Positions 38,076 to 52,062 of a stretch of 64,000 bases of DNA are shown here, one piece after another. The notes below the pieces were generated by a model. The model was not told the DNA's origin, did not search any database, and saw only the letters and a list, made by a program, of their open reading frames with translations. The translations under genes and the position numbers were made by a program. The stretch is taken from the NCBI GenBank assembly GCA_965216755.1, contig CBDCGL010000011.1, forward strand, positions 3,104,001 through 3,168,000, read 5' to 3'. The DNA comes from Alphaproteobacteria bacterium. GTDB lineage: Bacteria; Pseudomonadota; Alphaproteobacteria; UBA7887. How positions within the stretch are numbered: position 1 is the stretch's first letter; each line of letters opens with the position of its first letter.

Positions 38076-39937
38076 GAAACCGCATGCGTCATGAATTGCC
38101 GCCACATGACAGCCGGCATGCCGCCACCAGTCACATGGTCCATTGGTGTCGCATCGTCGTTGCCGAGCCAGACGCCGGCAACCAGACCTGGCACGTAACC
38201 GATAAACCAAGCGTCACGGAAATCCTGGCTGGTCCCGGTCTTGCCCGCGGCATCGGCGTGGTCGAACGCGGCTTTGCGCCCGGTGCCGCGTTCGACCACG
38301 GTACGTAAGAGGTCCGCCATGGTCGCCGCAACGGCCGGAGACATGACCGTCCCCAAAGCGCCGTCGCTGCGCCGATAGACCGGCTCGCCGGCGCGATCGT
38401 GAACGGCGACGATGCCGTGCGGCAACACGGCGCGACCGCCATTGGCGACTGTGGCGTAGGCGGCGACCAGCTCAACCAAGCTGACTTCCGCGGCTCCCAA
38501 GGCCAGACTGGCGGTCGGTTTCAATGTGGTGGTGATTCCCAGACTTCGCGCACGGTCAATGATTCGTGTCCGTCCCACCTGTTCAGCAATCTGGACGGCA
38601 ACCGGATTGCGTGACAACGCGAAACTGTCGCGCAGGGTGATTTCGCCCAGATAGCCGCCGTCATGATTGCGCGGCGACCATCCATCGATTGTGATCGGCC
38701 CATCTGTGAACAGCTGATCGGGCGCCGCACCGGCCTCTAACGCGGCCAAATAGACAAACAGTTTGAACGCCGAACCCGGCTGGCGATGGGCCTGTGTCGC
38801 ACGGTTGAATTGACTTTGCGCATACGAACGGCCGCCGACCATGGCCTTCACCGCACCGCTCATATCCATGGCCACCAAAGCGGCCTGATCGATCTGCGCA
38901 TCGCGACCGGCGCCGCTTAGAAACGCGCCGACGACGTGCTCTGCGGTCGCCTGTAGGCGCGGATCCAACGTTGTCGACACGACCCTGTCGGCCGATGACC
39001 TGCCCACGAAACTGGGCAGTTGCTCAATCAACCAGTCGGCAAAATAGCGAGCGCCGCCCGAGCCGACATAGGATCCGGTGACAATCGCGGGCCGCGCCTT
39101 GGTCGCGGCCGCCACATCGGCCACCAGCCAACCAGCATCGACCATATTGTCGAGCACTTGGCCGGCCCGTGCCTGGGCAAGCTGCAAATCGCGGGTCGGC
39201 GCGTAGCGGCTGGGCGCTTTCAATAAGCCGGCGATCATCGCCGATTGCGCCAGACTCAGATCGGCGGCACCGATGGCGAAATAGCGCCGGCTGGCCGCTT
39301 CGACGCCGTGCGTCCCCGCACCCAAATAGACTCGATTGAGATAAATCGTCAGCAGTTCATCCTTGCTGAACTTTCGCTCAAGCCACAGTGCCAAAAGGCC
39401 TTCTTGGATCTTGCGGCGAAACGAGCGTTCAGGTGACAGAAATACGTTCTTGGCGACTTGCTGCGTGATCGTGCTGCCGCCTTGGACGACGCGACCGGCA
39501 AACACGTTGACCAAAGCCGCGCGCGCCAGGCCAAGCCAGTCGAGGCCGTTATGGCTGTAGAAGCGGCGATCTTCCGTGGCCAACACGGCCAATGGCAAAT
39601 GGGCGGGCAGATCGTCCAGAGACACCGTGCCGCCGTAAATTTGGCCATAGGTCGCGATGATCGCCCCATCGGCCCCAACAAAAGTTGTACCGGGTGCGCG
39701 CGCCGCGCGCTCCAAATTGACCAAAGCCGGCAAATCATATGCGTAGTAACCGACCGCCGCGGTGCCCACAACCGCCAGCCAAATGGTCAAAACGGTGCCC
39801 CAATAGAGCAGAAACCTACGCAATGTCCGCCGCGGGCGCCGCGCACCGTGCGTCTGTGCGCCGGGCTTCGAGGGTTCGCGCCGCGAGCGATGTCGCGTTC
39901 GACCACGCCCCCCGGAATCGGCTGTGCGTGCCGCCAC
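38066..39937 (-). CDS. Class A penicillin-binding protein (PBP1A family)
   Basis: EDRRFY.H.G, GGSTITQQ, RKIQE, YLNRVY; SAFK, SRN, KTGT. Confidence 0.95.
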   Translation of the reverse strand: MAARTADSGGRGRTRHRSRREPSKPGAQTHGARRPRRTLRRFLLYWGTVLTIWLAVVGTAAVGYYAYDLPALVNLERAARAPGTTFVGADGAIIATYGQIYGGTVSLDDLPAHLPLAVLATEDRRFYSHNGLDWLGLARAALVNVFAGRVVQGGSTITQQVAKNVFLSPERSFRRKIQEGLLALWLERKFSKDELLTIYLNRVYLGAGTHGVEAASRRYFAIGAADLSLAQSAMIAGLLKAPSRYAPTRDLQLAQARAGQVLDNMVDAGWLVADVAAATKARPAIVTGSYVGSGGARYFADWLIEQLPSFVGRSSADRVVSTTLDPRLQATAEHVVGAFLSGAGRDAQIDQAALVAMDMSGAVKAMVGGRSYAQSQFNRATQAHRQPGSAFKLFVYLAALEAGAAPDQLFTDGPITIDGWSPRNHDGGYLGEITLRDSFALSRNPVAVQIAEQVGRTRIIDRARSLGITTTLKPTASLALGAAEVSLVELVAAYATVANGGRAVLPHGIVAVHDRAGEPVYRRSDGALGTVMSPAVAATMADLLRTVVERGTGRKAAFDHADAAGKTGTSQDFRDAWFIGYVPGLVAGVWLGNDDATPMDHVTGGGMPAVMWRQFMTHAVSQP

Positions 39938-39959
39938 GGCGCTGCCGGCCTAGACCGCT

Positions 39960-43600
<3,641 letters not shown>

Positions 43601-43608
43601 AGCAGTGC

Positions 43609-44727
43609 CTAAACGCGCATCGGCATGAGCACGTAGAGCGCGCTCGGATCGTCTGGGTCGGTGACAATGGTCGGAGACGCCGCATCATGCATGGAAAAAG
43701 TTAGATTTTCGCCGTCGATTTGTTGCGCCATGTCAAGCACATAACGGGAATTGAAACCGATATCCATGGCATCGCCGTCATAGTCGACGACCAGTTCCTC
43801 GCTCGCGCTGGCTTGCTCCGGGCTGTTCGCCGACAACACAAGCCGGCCGTCGTCGATCGTGAATTTGACCGCCCGCGATTTGTCGTTGGCAATTGTCGCG
43901 ACCCGATCGATGGCCGCCGCGAAATCATTGTCAATCACCGTCATGGCTTTGTCATTACCCGACGGAATGACGCGTTCATAGTCTGGAAAAGTGCCGTCGA
44001 TCAGCTTTGAGATCAGCACCGCATCGCCGACGGTAAAGCGGATTTTGGTATCCGATAGGGCTACCACGATGTCGCCCTCGGCCTCTTCCAGAAGTTTGCG
44101 AATTTCCAACACCGCCTTGCGCGGAACGATAATGCCCGGCATGCCTTCGGCGCCCGCCGGCAGCGGACTTTCGACCCGCGCCAGGCGATGGCCATCGGTG
44201 GCAACGGCGCGCAACGTCGCGCTGCCGTTTGTTGCCGCGGCGTGCAAAAAAATGCCGTTGAGATAGTAGCGTGTTTCCTCAGTCGAAATGGCAAATCGGG
44301 TTTTGTCGATCAGGCGTTTGAGATCGCCCAACGGGATCGCAAAATTGTGGCTGAACGTGCCTTCGGCCATGGCCGGGAAATCATCGGTGGGCAAACACAG
44401 CAGCGTAAATTGGGAATTGCCCGCCTGCAGTTCCAGGCGATCGCTGTCGCCGGCGCTGCGCAACGCCACTTCGGTGCCATCCGGCAGTTTGCGGACAATA
44501 TCGAACAGCATATGTGCCGGTGCCGTGGTCGCGCCCGTTTGTCCAACAGTCGCCGACGCTTTGTCGGCGATGGCGATATCCAAATCGGTTGCCAACAAGC
44601 CGAGCCCGTCCGCATCTGCCGACAACAGCACATTCGACAAAATCGGAATCGTATTTCGCCGTTCCACAACGCTTTGCACATGCTGTAAAGCCTTGAGCAA
44701 GTGCGTGCGCTCGATCGTTAAGTCCAT
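43609..44727 (-). CDS. dnaN: DNA polymerase III beta clamp
   Basis: VERRNTIPILSN, EETRYYLNG, VATDGHRL, KLIDGTFPDY, LMPMRV. Confidence 0.98.
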   Translation of the reverse strand: MDLTIERTHLLKALQHVQSVVERRNTIPILSNVLLSADADGLGLLATDLDIAIADKASATVGQTGATTAPAHMLFDIVRKLPDGTEVALRSAGDSDRLELQAGNSQFTLLCLPTDDFPAMAEGTFSHNFAIPLGDLKRLIDKTRFAISTEETRYYLNGIFLHAAATNGSATLRAVATDGHRLARVESPLPAGAEGMPGIIVPRKAVLEIRKLLEEAEGDIVVALSDTKIRFTVGDAVLISKLIDGTFPDYERVIPSGNDKAMTVIDNDFAAAIDRVATIANDKSRAVKFTIDDGRLVLSANSPEQASASEELVVDYDGDAMDIGFNSRYVLDMAQQIDGENLTFSMHDAASPTIVTDPDDPSALYVLMPMRV

Positions 44728-44974
44728 CGTCGCGTATTGCCTAACTCGCCGTGTGCCAGCGGTCGCCCCACCCCCTGCGACACCACCCCACGACACGCCC
44801 ACGTTGCGCGTCGAGGCGGCGCGCGGGCCGCCCGTGATCCTCGCTCAGGGCGCACCCACAAGCATCCGAATGTGTGTCAAAAATATAGCAGAGTCCGGGA
44901 TTTGGCGCAGCAAATTCCGCGCCAACCAGACACATTGACAAAGTCGAATTCAGGGGCCGATGTCGACCCAGGGG

Positions 44975-46402
44975 TCAGCTTGCCAAAGTGCGCCGTAGCA
45001 ATTCCACATCTTCAGCGAAACTGGGGTCCTTTTGTCGCAATTGGTCGATTTTCTTGACTGCGTGCATGACTGTCGTGTGGTCGCGATTGCCGAATTTCCG
45101 ACCAATTTCCGGCAATGAGCGCGAGGTCAAATGCTTGGCCAAGTACATCGCCACTTGGCGTGGCCGCGCAACCACTTGCGCGCGCCGGGCCGAAGACATC
45201 TCGAACAGTTTGATTCGATAGTACTCAGCCACCTTTTTTTGGATTTCCTCGATCGTGACCTGGCGATCATTGGCACGCAAAAGGTCGTGCAAGACCTCGT
45301 GCGCCGACTCCAGCGTGATCGGCCGACCAACCAAGGTGGAATGGGCGAGAACCCGGTTCAGAGCGCCTTCGAGTTCGCGCACGTTCGAGGTGATTTTGTG
45401 CGCCAAAAACTCCAGCACCTTGCGCGGCACATCGTTGACACCAGCTTGCTCGGCTTTCGATTGCAAGATGCCCAGGCGCAGCTCGTACGATGTGCCGTGC
45501 ACTTCGGCGACCAAGCCCCATCCCAAGCGCGAGCGCATCCGCTCTTCCATGTCTTCCATGTCCGATGGCGAGCGATCGCCCGAGACAATGATCTGCCGGT
45601 TCTGATCCGCCAACGCGTTGAAGGTGTGGAAGAATTCCTCCTGCGTCGAGTCCTTGCCGCTGATGAATTGAACATCGTCAATCATCAGCACGTCAACCGA
45701 CCGAAACAGCTCCTTAAAGCCCATGATGTTCTTGAATCTGAGCGCCCGGATGAACTGATACATGAACTTTTCGGCGGACAAATAGATCACCCGTCGTTCC
45801 GGCCGACAACTGCGCAGCCGCCACGCTATGGCGTGCATCAGATGCGTTTTGCCAAGACCGACGCCGCCATAGATGAACAGCGGATTGAACGGCACGACAT
45901 CCGAATCAGCGACACGACGGGCCGCCGCGTGGGCAAACTCGTTCGGCTTGCCAACGATAAAATTCTCAAATGTGAAGCGTGGATCCAAAGAGGATTTATA
46001 GCGTCCGATATCGTCGGCGACGCTTGCCGCGCCATCATCTCCGCCGCTGTCCTGGCCATGGCGGCCAGCGCCATTGCGGCCACCGACCGCCGTGCCAGCC
46101 CCGGCGCCATTGCCAGCGGTCGCCGGTTCGGTGGCCGCCGCCACTTCGTAGGCGACATCGTCGACCTCGGCGCGTTGCTGACGCCACAGAGACAACATGC
46201 GGTCGCCGTAACGCGATTCGACCCAGTTGCACATGAATCGCGTCGGCGCCGTCATGACCACCGTCGTCCCGTTGATCGTGCGTACGTCCAGGCGCGCGAC
46301 CCAATTGTCGTACGCAGCCGCGCCGAATTCGTTCTTTAGAAGCTTCTTGACCTCCGACCAGCCGGCCGTGATGTCAGGCCGATCCGACACAACGCTCACC
46401 AT
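44975..46402 (-). CDS. dnaA: Chromosomal replication initiator DnaA
   Basis: FNPLFIYGGVGLGKTHL, IDDVQF, NVRELEGAL, RPRQVAMYL, SLPEIGRKFGNRDHTTV. Confidence 0.98.
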   Translation of the reverse strand: MVSVVSDRPDITAGWSEVKKLLKNEFGAAAYDNWVARLDVRTINGTTVVMTAPTRFMCNWVESRYGDRMLSLWRQQRAEVDDVAYEVAAATEPATAGNGAGAGTAVGGRNGAGRHGQDSGGDDGAASVADDIGRYKSSLDPRFTFENFIVGKPNEFAHAAARRVADSDVVPFNPLFIYGGVGLGKTHLMHAIAWRLRSCRPERRVIYLSAEKFMYQFIRALRFKNIMGFKELFRSVDVLMIDDVQFISGKDSTQEEFFHTFNALADQNRQIIVSGDRSPSDMEDMEERMRSRLGWGLVAEVHGTSYELRLGILQSKAEQAGVNDVPRKVLEFLAHKITSNVRELEGALNRVLAHSTLVGRPITLESAHEVLHDLLRANDRQVTIEEIQKKVAEYYRIKLFEMSSARRAQVVARPRQVAMYLAKHLTSRSLPEIGRKFGNRDHTTVMHAVKKIDQLRQKDPSFAEDVELLRRTLAS

Positions 46403-47192
46403 GTCATACCGTCAATGGCCGGCCATGCGTCTTGATTGGCGCCGCTCGGCGCACACGGGCCTGCCGCCCGCGCCATGCCGCATTCCATGCGGCTGACAAA
46501 CCAACAAACCGGCGCTGATGACCGGTCGTCACCCTGCCGCCCGACACTCCGGCGACTTGTCCACCGTAAAGATTTCGCCTCCAGATTAACGGGTTTGGAA
46601 ACACCCATTCTGCTTGTTTCCCCTTCGTGACAACTAGAGACAAAGACAAACGAACCCCCTGCCTTCAGCTCATTTGCCTAGACCCAACCCACGACCATCA
46701 ACACTGGTGTAATGCCTGGTCGTTACTATCTTTTATCCGGAGAAGAAAGCGCCCTGAGCCCGATTTTCTTACTATTTATCTTGTCACGTTGCGCTACCCC
46801 CGAGGCCTTTGAGAGTACCGCCACGGACGATTTCTGGCAACCGAATCGTCACCCGACCAAGGTAATTTTTTGATGGCGAAGCGTAAGACCAAACGGAACC
46901 GGGGCGGCGCTATTTGATGATTTTCCCGCCGTGACAAGCCGTTAGCTTGACATGCTTGTGACCAGATGAAAGCCGCTTGGAAGGCGAACGCGCCAGCGTC
47001 GTGAACGTCCCCGTCGGAAGTGACCCGTGACGACACCGCCGCAGCAACGTGCGGCGGCGCATCGACGAGCTCACCGGCTGGGTATTTTTGGCGCGACAGG
47101 CCAGCACCAACGCCGCCGAATCGGCTTCACGCGATCCGGCGCGATAATAAGGGCGCGAAATCGAATATCTTGGGCGGTCGCGGCGATCGCCT

Positions 47193-47453
47193 TTAGAGGG
47201 CGCGAATGCGAGCCGACAAACGCGACAATTTGCGCCGCACCGTATTGCGATGCAGGACGCCCTTGTTGGCACCACGAACAAGTTGGGGTTGTGCGGCGAT
47301 GAACGCAGCCTGAGCCGCCGCTTTGTCGCCGCCTTCAATCGCGCTTTCCACCTGTTTGACAGAAGTCCGCACGCGACTGAGCCTGGCGCGATTCACTTGT
47401 CGTCGCCGTTCGTTGCGACGAATGCGCTTTTTTGCCGATTTATGGTGCGCCAT
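47193..47453 (-). CDS. rpsT: 30S ribosomal protein S20
   Basis: [12 protein letters not shown]...[16 protein letters not shown]. Confidence 0.97.
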   Translation of the reverse strand: MAHHKSAKKRIRRNERRRQVNRARLSRVRTSVKQVESAIEGGDKAAAQAAFIAAQPQLVRGANKGVLHRNTVRRKLSRLSARIRAL

Positions 47454-47491
47454 GACGACCTGAACTTCCGCTGGTTTTGAGGAAACCAGCG

Positions 47492-47520
47492 CTTATAGCC
47501 AAGCCAATCCGGCACGTCAA
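47492..47520 (-). promoter_or_regulatory. Sigma70-type promoter of rpsT
   Basis: TTGACG-N17-TATAAG on the minus strand. Confidence 0.7.
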
Positions 47521-47552
47521 CGGTGTGCAGACCGCATCATCGGCGGGCATGC

Positions 47553-48326
47553 TCATTTGTTGACGAAATTGGCGGGGCGCTTCTCGGCAAAGGCGGCCAT
47601 ACCTTCTTTCTGGTCTTCCAAGGCGAAGGTCGAATAGAACAGGCGGCGTTCAAAGCGCACGCCTTCGCCAAGCGGCGATTCATAGGCGCGGTTGACCGCT
47701 TCCTTGGCCATCATCAACGCCGGCCGCGACAGCTTGGCGATGGCCGCGCCGACCTTAATCGCTTCGTCGACCAGTTCGGCCGCGGGGACGATGCGACTGA
47801 CCAGACCAACCCGTTCGGCTTCCTCAGCATCCATCATGCGCCCGGTCAGAATCATCTCCATCGCCTTTGACTTGCCGACCGCGCGTGGCAAGCGTTGCGT
47901 GCCGCCAGCCCCGGGAAAAGTGCCGAGATTGATCTCCGGCTGGCCGAATTTGGCTGTATCGGCGGCAAGTATGAAATCACACATCATTGCCAGCTCGCAG
48001 CCGCCACCGAGTGCATAACCGGCGACCGCCGCGATGATCGGTTTACGGACATGGGTCACCTGCTCCCACGGTCCGATGAAATCGCCGTAATAGGCGTCCA
48101 TATAGGATTTCGCCTGCATTTCTTTGATGTCCGCACCGGCTGCGAACGCTTTCTCGTTGCCGGTGATGACAATCGCCCCGATGTCGTCATCCGATTCAAA
48201 CCCGTCCAGCGCGCTGTTCACCTCGCCGATCAGTTCACTGTTCAGGGCGTTTAACGCTTTCGGGCGATTAAGCCGGATGATCCCGACGCGGCTCTTGGTT
48301 TCGACAAGGATGGTCTGATACGACAT
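47553..48326 (-). CDS. Enoyl-CoA hydratase (PaaF/EchA8-like)
   Basis: [43 protein letters not shown]. Confidence 0.95.
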   Translation of the reverse strand: MSYQTILVETKSRVGIIRLNRPKALNALNSELIGEVNSALDGFESDDDIGAIVITGNEKAFAAGADIKEMQAKSYMDAYYGDFIGPWEQVTHVRKPIIAAVAGYALGGGCELAMMCDFILAADTAKFGQPEINLGTFPGAGGTQRLPRAVGKSKAMEMILTGRMMDAEEAERVGLVSRIVPAAELVDEAIKVGAAIAKLSRPALMMAKEAVNRAYESPLGEGVRFERRLFYSTFALEDQKEGMAAFAEKRPANFVNK

Positions 48327-48367
48327 GGCTTCCCAACCGTTCTAGAAGTAAGTCGGCGCCGGGGGTC

Positions 48368-48760
48368 CTAGGATGGCGCCAGCGAAAAGGTGACGATTAC
48401 GGCGGCACCATCAGCGGGCGCGCCGATGACCGGCTCAACGGCGATCGCCAAAGTCTCCCCGTCACGCGCGAATGTCAACGGTGCCGCCGCCACGACCCAA
48501 CCGAGCGCCGGGAGTGTGCGACGATAGAATGCCGCGACATCGCCGGCCGCGAGCTTGCCGACAGCGCGGCTTTCGATGATCCGCCCGGCGGCGGTATCGA
48601 ATACCGTCAGCGCGTCCGCGGCCGCCGTCAAACCGTCCATCAACGGCAAATCATCGAACCCGGGAACAAAGCTTTGCTGATCTTGGGCCGCAACCGACCG
48701 GAGTGGCGCCAAACCGGCCAACACGACAAGCAACGCGCAAAGTGTCGCCCACCGGGTCAT
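48368..48760 (-). CDS. Secreted hypothetical protein
   Basis: Signal peptide; FVPGFDDLPLM.GL, FD..GRI, FY..TLP.LGW, RDGETL; overlaps the mutM stop. Confidence 0.75.
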   Translation of the reverse strand: MTRWATLCALLVVLAGLAPLRSVAAQDQQSFVPGFDDLPLMDGLTAAADALTVFDTAAGRIIESRAVGKLAAGDVAAFYRRTLPALGWVVAAAPLTFARDGETLAIAVEPVIGAPADGAAVIVTFSLAPS

Positions 48761-49584
48761 CGCTGACAGGCCGGGCAGAAAAATGTCGAACGACTGCCTT
48801 GCACAATGCGCCGGATGACGTGGCCATCAGCATGGCGCGGACACGGCGCGCCTTCGCGATCATAGACCGCAAATCCATGCTGGAAATAGCCCAGTTCGCC
48901 AGATGTCTGGACATAATCGCGCAGGCTGGAGCCACCGGCGGCAATGGCTTTGCTGAGAACCTGTTTAACCGCGTCAACCAAGCGGGCGGCGCGCAACGGG
49001 CCGATCGAACCACCGCTGCGGCGTGGCGATAATCGCGCGTGATAAAGGCTTTCGCAGGCATAGATATTGCCGATACCGGCGATGATCCGTTGATCCAGCA
49101 ACAACGACTTCAGTGGCGCGCGGCGCGCCGCGAACGCACGGGTCACCAGCCGATCATCAAAATCAGCGGCCAACGGATCGACGCCAAGATGGGCGAGCAG
49201 CGGATGGTCCATGACGGCGGCGGTCGCGCACAGATCCATCAATCCAAACCGGCGCGGGTCGTTGAACGCGACCTCGCGATCATCGTCCAAGGCGAACACG
49301 ATATGGTCGTGGGTCTGACGCGCCGTACCCTGTGGCCGCATGACCACGCGCCCCGACATGCCGAGATGGCCGATGACGACCACGTCGCCGGCGCAGCGAA
49401 TCAACAGATATTTCGCCAGCCGGTCGATCGTGACAACCCGGCGCCCGCGCAATCGGGCCGCGAAATCGGGCGGCACCGGTCGCCGCAAGTCGCCACGATG
49501 CACGGTGATGTCGACGAGTGTTCGTCCTGCTAGTCCGGCCGTCAAACCGCGCCGCACTGTTTCGACTTCTGGCATTTCAGGCAT
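48757..49584 (-). CDS. mutM: Formamidopyrimidine-DNA glycosylase
   Basis: MPEMPEVET, HLGMSG, NDPRRFG, LLDQ..IAGIGNIYACE, RSTFFCPACQ. Confidence 0.96.
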   Translation of the reverse strand: MPEMPEVETVRRGLTAGLAGRTLVDITVHRGDLRRPVPPDFAARLRGRRVVTIDRLAKYLLIRCAGDVVVIGHLGMSGRVVMRPQGTARQTHDHIVFALDDDREVAFNDPRRFGLMDLCATAAVMDHPLLAHLGVDPLAADFDDRLVTRAFAARRAPLKSLLLDQRIIAGIGNIYACESLYHARLSPRRSGGSIGPLRAARLVDAVKQVLSKAIAAGGSSLRDYVQTSGELGYFQHGFAVYDREGAPCPRHADGHVIRRIVQGSRSTFFCPACQR

Positions 49585-49655
49585 CGTCACTCGCGCATCC
49601 AGGCGTATCGTGCCCACTGTAGCGTGCCCCCATGGCGTGCGCTATGGTCGCGACC

Positions 49656-50453
49656 ATGAACGATCGCAACCCGGAACCGCCCGCCGACAATGCCAAGGGT
49701 GGCACCGAATTCGGCGCCGTGCCGTTTGGCTTCCGCGATGTTACCGCTGTTGAAAAAGCGTCATTGGTTGGCGACGTTTTCGCCGCCGTGGCGCCGCGCT
49801 ACGACGTGATGAACGATCTGATGAGCGCCGGCGTCCATCGGCTGTGGAAACGTCACATGGTGGCCGCCTTGGGTCGGCGCGCGCCGGAACAAATCTTGGA
49901 CCTGGCTGGCGGCACCGGTGACATTGGCCATTTGCTGCGCAAACGATTTGCCGATCGGCCACCGGTTGTCACGATTTGCGATATTAATCCGGCGATGTTG
50001 TCGCAAGGGCGCGAGCGGGCGTGGAACACGGGCCGGGTCGCCGGTTTGACATGGTTATGCGGCAACGCCGAGTCGTTGCCGTTCGCGGATCGCAGCTTCG
50101 ATGCCTGCACCATCGCATTCGGCCTTCGTAACCTGACCGATATCGCGGCCGGCCTGGCCGAAATCCGTCGGGTGCTGAAACCGGGCGGACGGTTCTTGTG
50201 TTTGGAATTCACACCCAGTGTCGCGCCAGCGTTGAAGCCGCTCTACGATCTGTGGTCGTTTCGCGTCATTCCGACGATCGGTGCCACGGTGGCCGGTAAC
50301 AGCGACGCCTATCGTTATCTGGTGGAAAGCATTCGCCGGTTTCCCCCTCCCGATGCGCTGGCGGCAATGATGGCCGCGCAGGGCTTCGGCGGCTTACGCG
50401 TGACGCGCCATGCCGGCGGCATTGCCGCGCTCCACGCCGGCTGGCGCATCTAG
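49656..50453 (+). CDS. ubiE: Ubiquinone/menaquinone C-methyltransferase
   Basis: YDVMNDLMSAGVHRLWK, LDLAGGTGD, IAFGLRN, YLVESIRRFP. Confidence 0.95.
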   Translation: MNDRNPEPPADNAKGGTEFGAVPFGFRDVTAVEKASLVGDVFAAVAPRYDVMNDLMSAGVHRLWKRHMVAALGRRAPEQILDLAGGTGDIGHLLRKRFADRPPVVTICDINPAMLSQGRERAWNTGRVAGLTWLCGNAESLPFADRSFDACTIAFGLRNLTDIAAGLAEIRRVLKPGGRFLCLEFTPSVAPALKPLYDLWSFRVIPTIGATVAGNSDAYRYLVESIRRFPPPDALAAMMAAQGFGGLRVTRHAGGIAALHAGWRI

Positions 50454-50455
50454 CC

Positions 50456-51976
50456 ATGCGCCGCAGCCTGCGCCATCTATTGCGCCTGGCCAAGATTGCG
50501 GTTGTCTTGGCGCGTTGCGACGCGCTGGAGGTTTTGGAGCGGCTGCATATCGCACCCGCGTTGACCACGTTGGTGCGTTTGGGCCGGCGTCGGCGCGCCG
50601 GCCGGTTGGGATTGCGCATGGCGCGCGCAGCGGAATCGCTGGGACCCGTGTTTATCAAACTCGGTCAAGCGCTATCGACCCGCGCCGATTTGATCGGTCA
50701 GGAGACCGCCGACGACCTGGCGGCCTTGCGCGACCGGCTGCCGCCTTTCGCCGCGGAGCAGGCACGCGCGATCGTCGCCGCGGAATTGGGCGCGCCGCTG
50801 GAAAGCTTGTTTAGCCGCTTCGACGATCAACCGGTGGCGGCCGCATCAATCGCGCAAGTCCATTTTGCCCGCACCAGCGACGGTCGCGATGTCGCTGTCA
50901 AAGTGCTGCGGCCGGGGATCGAGGCGCGCTTCGCCCGCGACGTCGATTTACTCGATTGGCTGGCGGCACTTGTCGAACGCACACAGCCCCAATGGCGGCG
51001 CTTGCGGCCGGTCGACAGCGTGCGCACGTTTGCCGACATGGTCGCGGTGGAAATGGATCTGCGTCTGGAAGCCGCCGCGGCCGCCGAGCTGGCCGAGAAT
51101 TTTGCCGATGATCCGGACTATGTGGTGCCCGCCGTTGATTGGCAGCGAACCGCGCGACGGGTGCTGACCACCGAGCGCGTCAAGGGCACTCCGTTAAGCG
51201 ATCGCGCCCGTTTGATCGGCGACGGACACGATCCGGAGCGGGTACTGACAATTGCCGCGCGGGCGTTGTTCAATCAGGTGTTTCGCGACGGCTTCTTCCA
51301 CGGCGACCCGCATCCCGGCAATCTGTTCGTCACGCCCGAAGGTCGCGTGGCCGTGGTCGATTTCGGCATCATGGGCCGGCTGGATCGGCAATCGCGGCGC
51401 TATTTGGCGGAGATGCTGATCGGCTTCCTGGCCGGTGACTATGCTCGGGTCGCCGAAGTGCATTTTCGCGCCGGCTATGTACCGTCAGACAAATCGATCG
51501 GCGCTTTCACGCAAGCCTGTCGATCGATCGGTGCCCCGATCATCGGCCGCCCGGCCAACGAAATTTCGTTGGGCCGCCTGCTCGGCCAGCTATTTCATAT
51601 CACCGAAACTTTCGGCATGCAGACCCAGCCGCATTTGCTGTTGCTGCAAAAAGTGCTGGTGGTCGCCGAAGGGGTCGGCCGCGAGCTGGAACCAAATGCC
51701 AACATGTGGCAGTTGGCGCAGCCACTGGTGGAGGATTGGGTCGCCGACAATTTGGGCCCAGAGGCGAGTTTCCGTGACGCCGTGACCACCCTGGCCGATA
51801 CGGCACAGCGGCTGCCGCGCCTGGTGCGCGAGGCCGAGCAGCTGTTGGAACGGGCGGCGGCGCGCGAACGGGCCGGGGCCGGTGGCGAAGCCCGCGCGCC
51901 GACACCTGTGTCGCCCGGCGCCCTGATGGCCACGGTGGCGGCACTGGTCGCGTTGTTGGTGGTATTGGCTCTTTGA
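50456..51976 (+). CDS. ubiB: Ubiquinone biosynthesis kinase-like protein UbiB
   Basis: LGPVFIKLGQ.LSTR, AAASIAQVH, VAVKVLRP, FFHGDPHPGN, DFGIMG. Confidence 0.95.
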   Translation: MRRSLRHLLRLAKIAVVLARCDALEVLERLHIAPALTTLVRLGRRRRAGRLGLRMARAAESLGPVFIKLGQALSTRADLIGQETADDLAALRDRLPPFAAEQARAIVAAELGAPLESLFSRFDDQPVAAASIAQVHFARTSDGRDVAVKVLRPGIEARFARDVDLLDWLAALVERTQPQWRRLRPVDSVRTFADMVAVEMDLRLEAAAAAELAENFADDPDYVVPAVDWQRTARRVLTTERVKGTPLSDRARLIGDGHDPERVLTIAARALFNQVFRDGFFHGDPHPGNLFVTPEGRVAVVDFGIMGRLDRQSRRYLAEMLIGFLAGDYARVAEVHFRAGYVPSDKSIGAFTQACRSIGAPIIGRPANEISLGRLLGQLFHITETFGMQTQPHLLLLQKVLVVAEGVGRELEPNANMWQLAQPLVEDWVADNLGPEASFRDAVTTLADTAQRLPRLVREAEQLLERAAARERAGAGGEARAPTPVSPGALMATVAALVALLVVLAL

Positions 51977-52062
51977 GCGGGATGCACAGGCTGACGGCCT
52001 TGGTTGTCAAGCCGGGCGCGCGCTCTTACCTTTGCAGAAAGCGGAACTACGGACCTGACCCG

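Noticed and set aside
44728-44974. oriC between dnaA and dnaN
   Set aside because: No DnaA-box cluster or AT-rich unwinding element was seen, only a short hairpin near 44900-44927.
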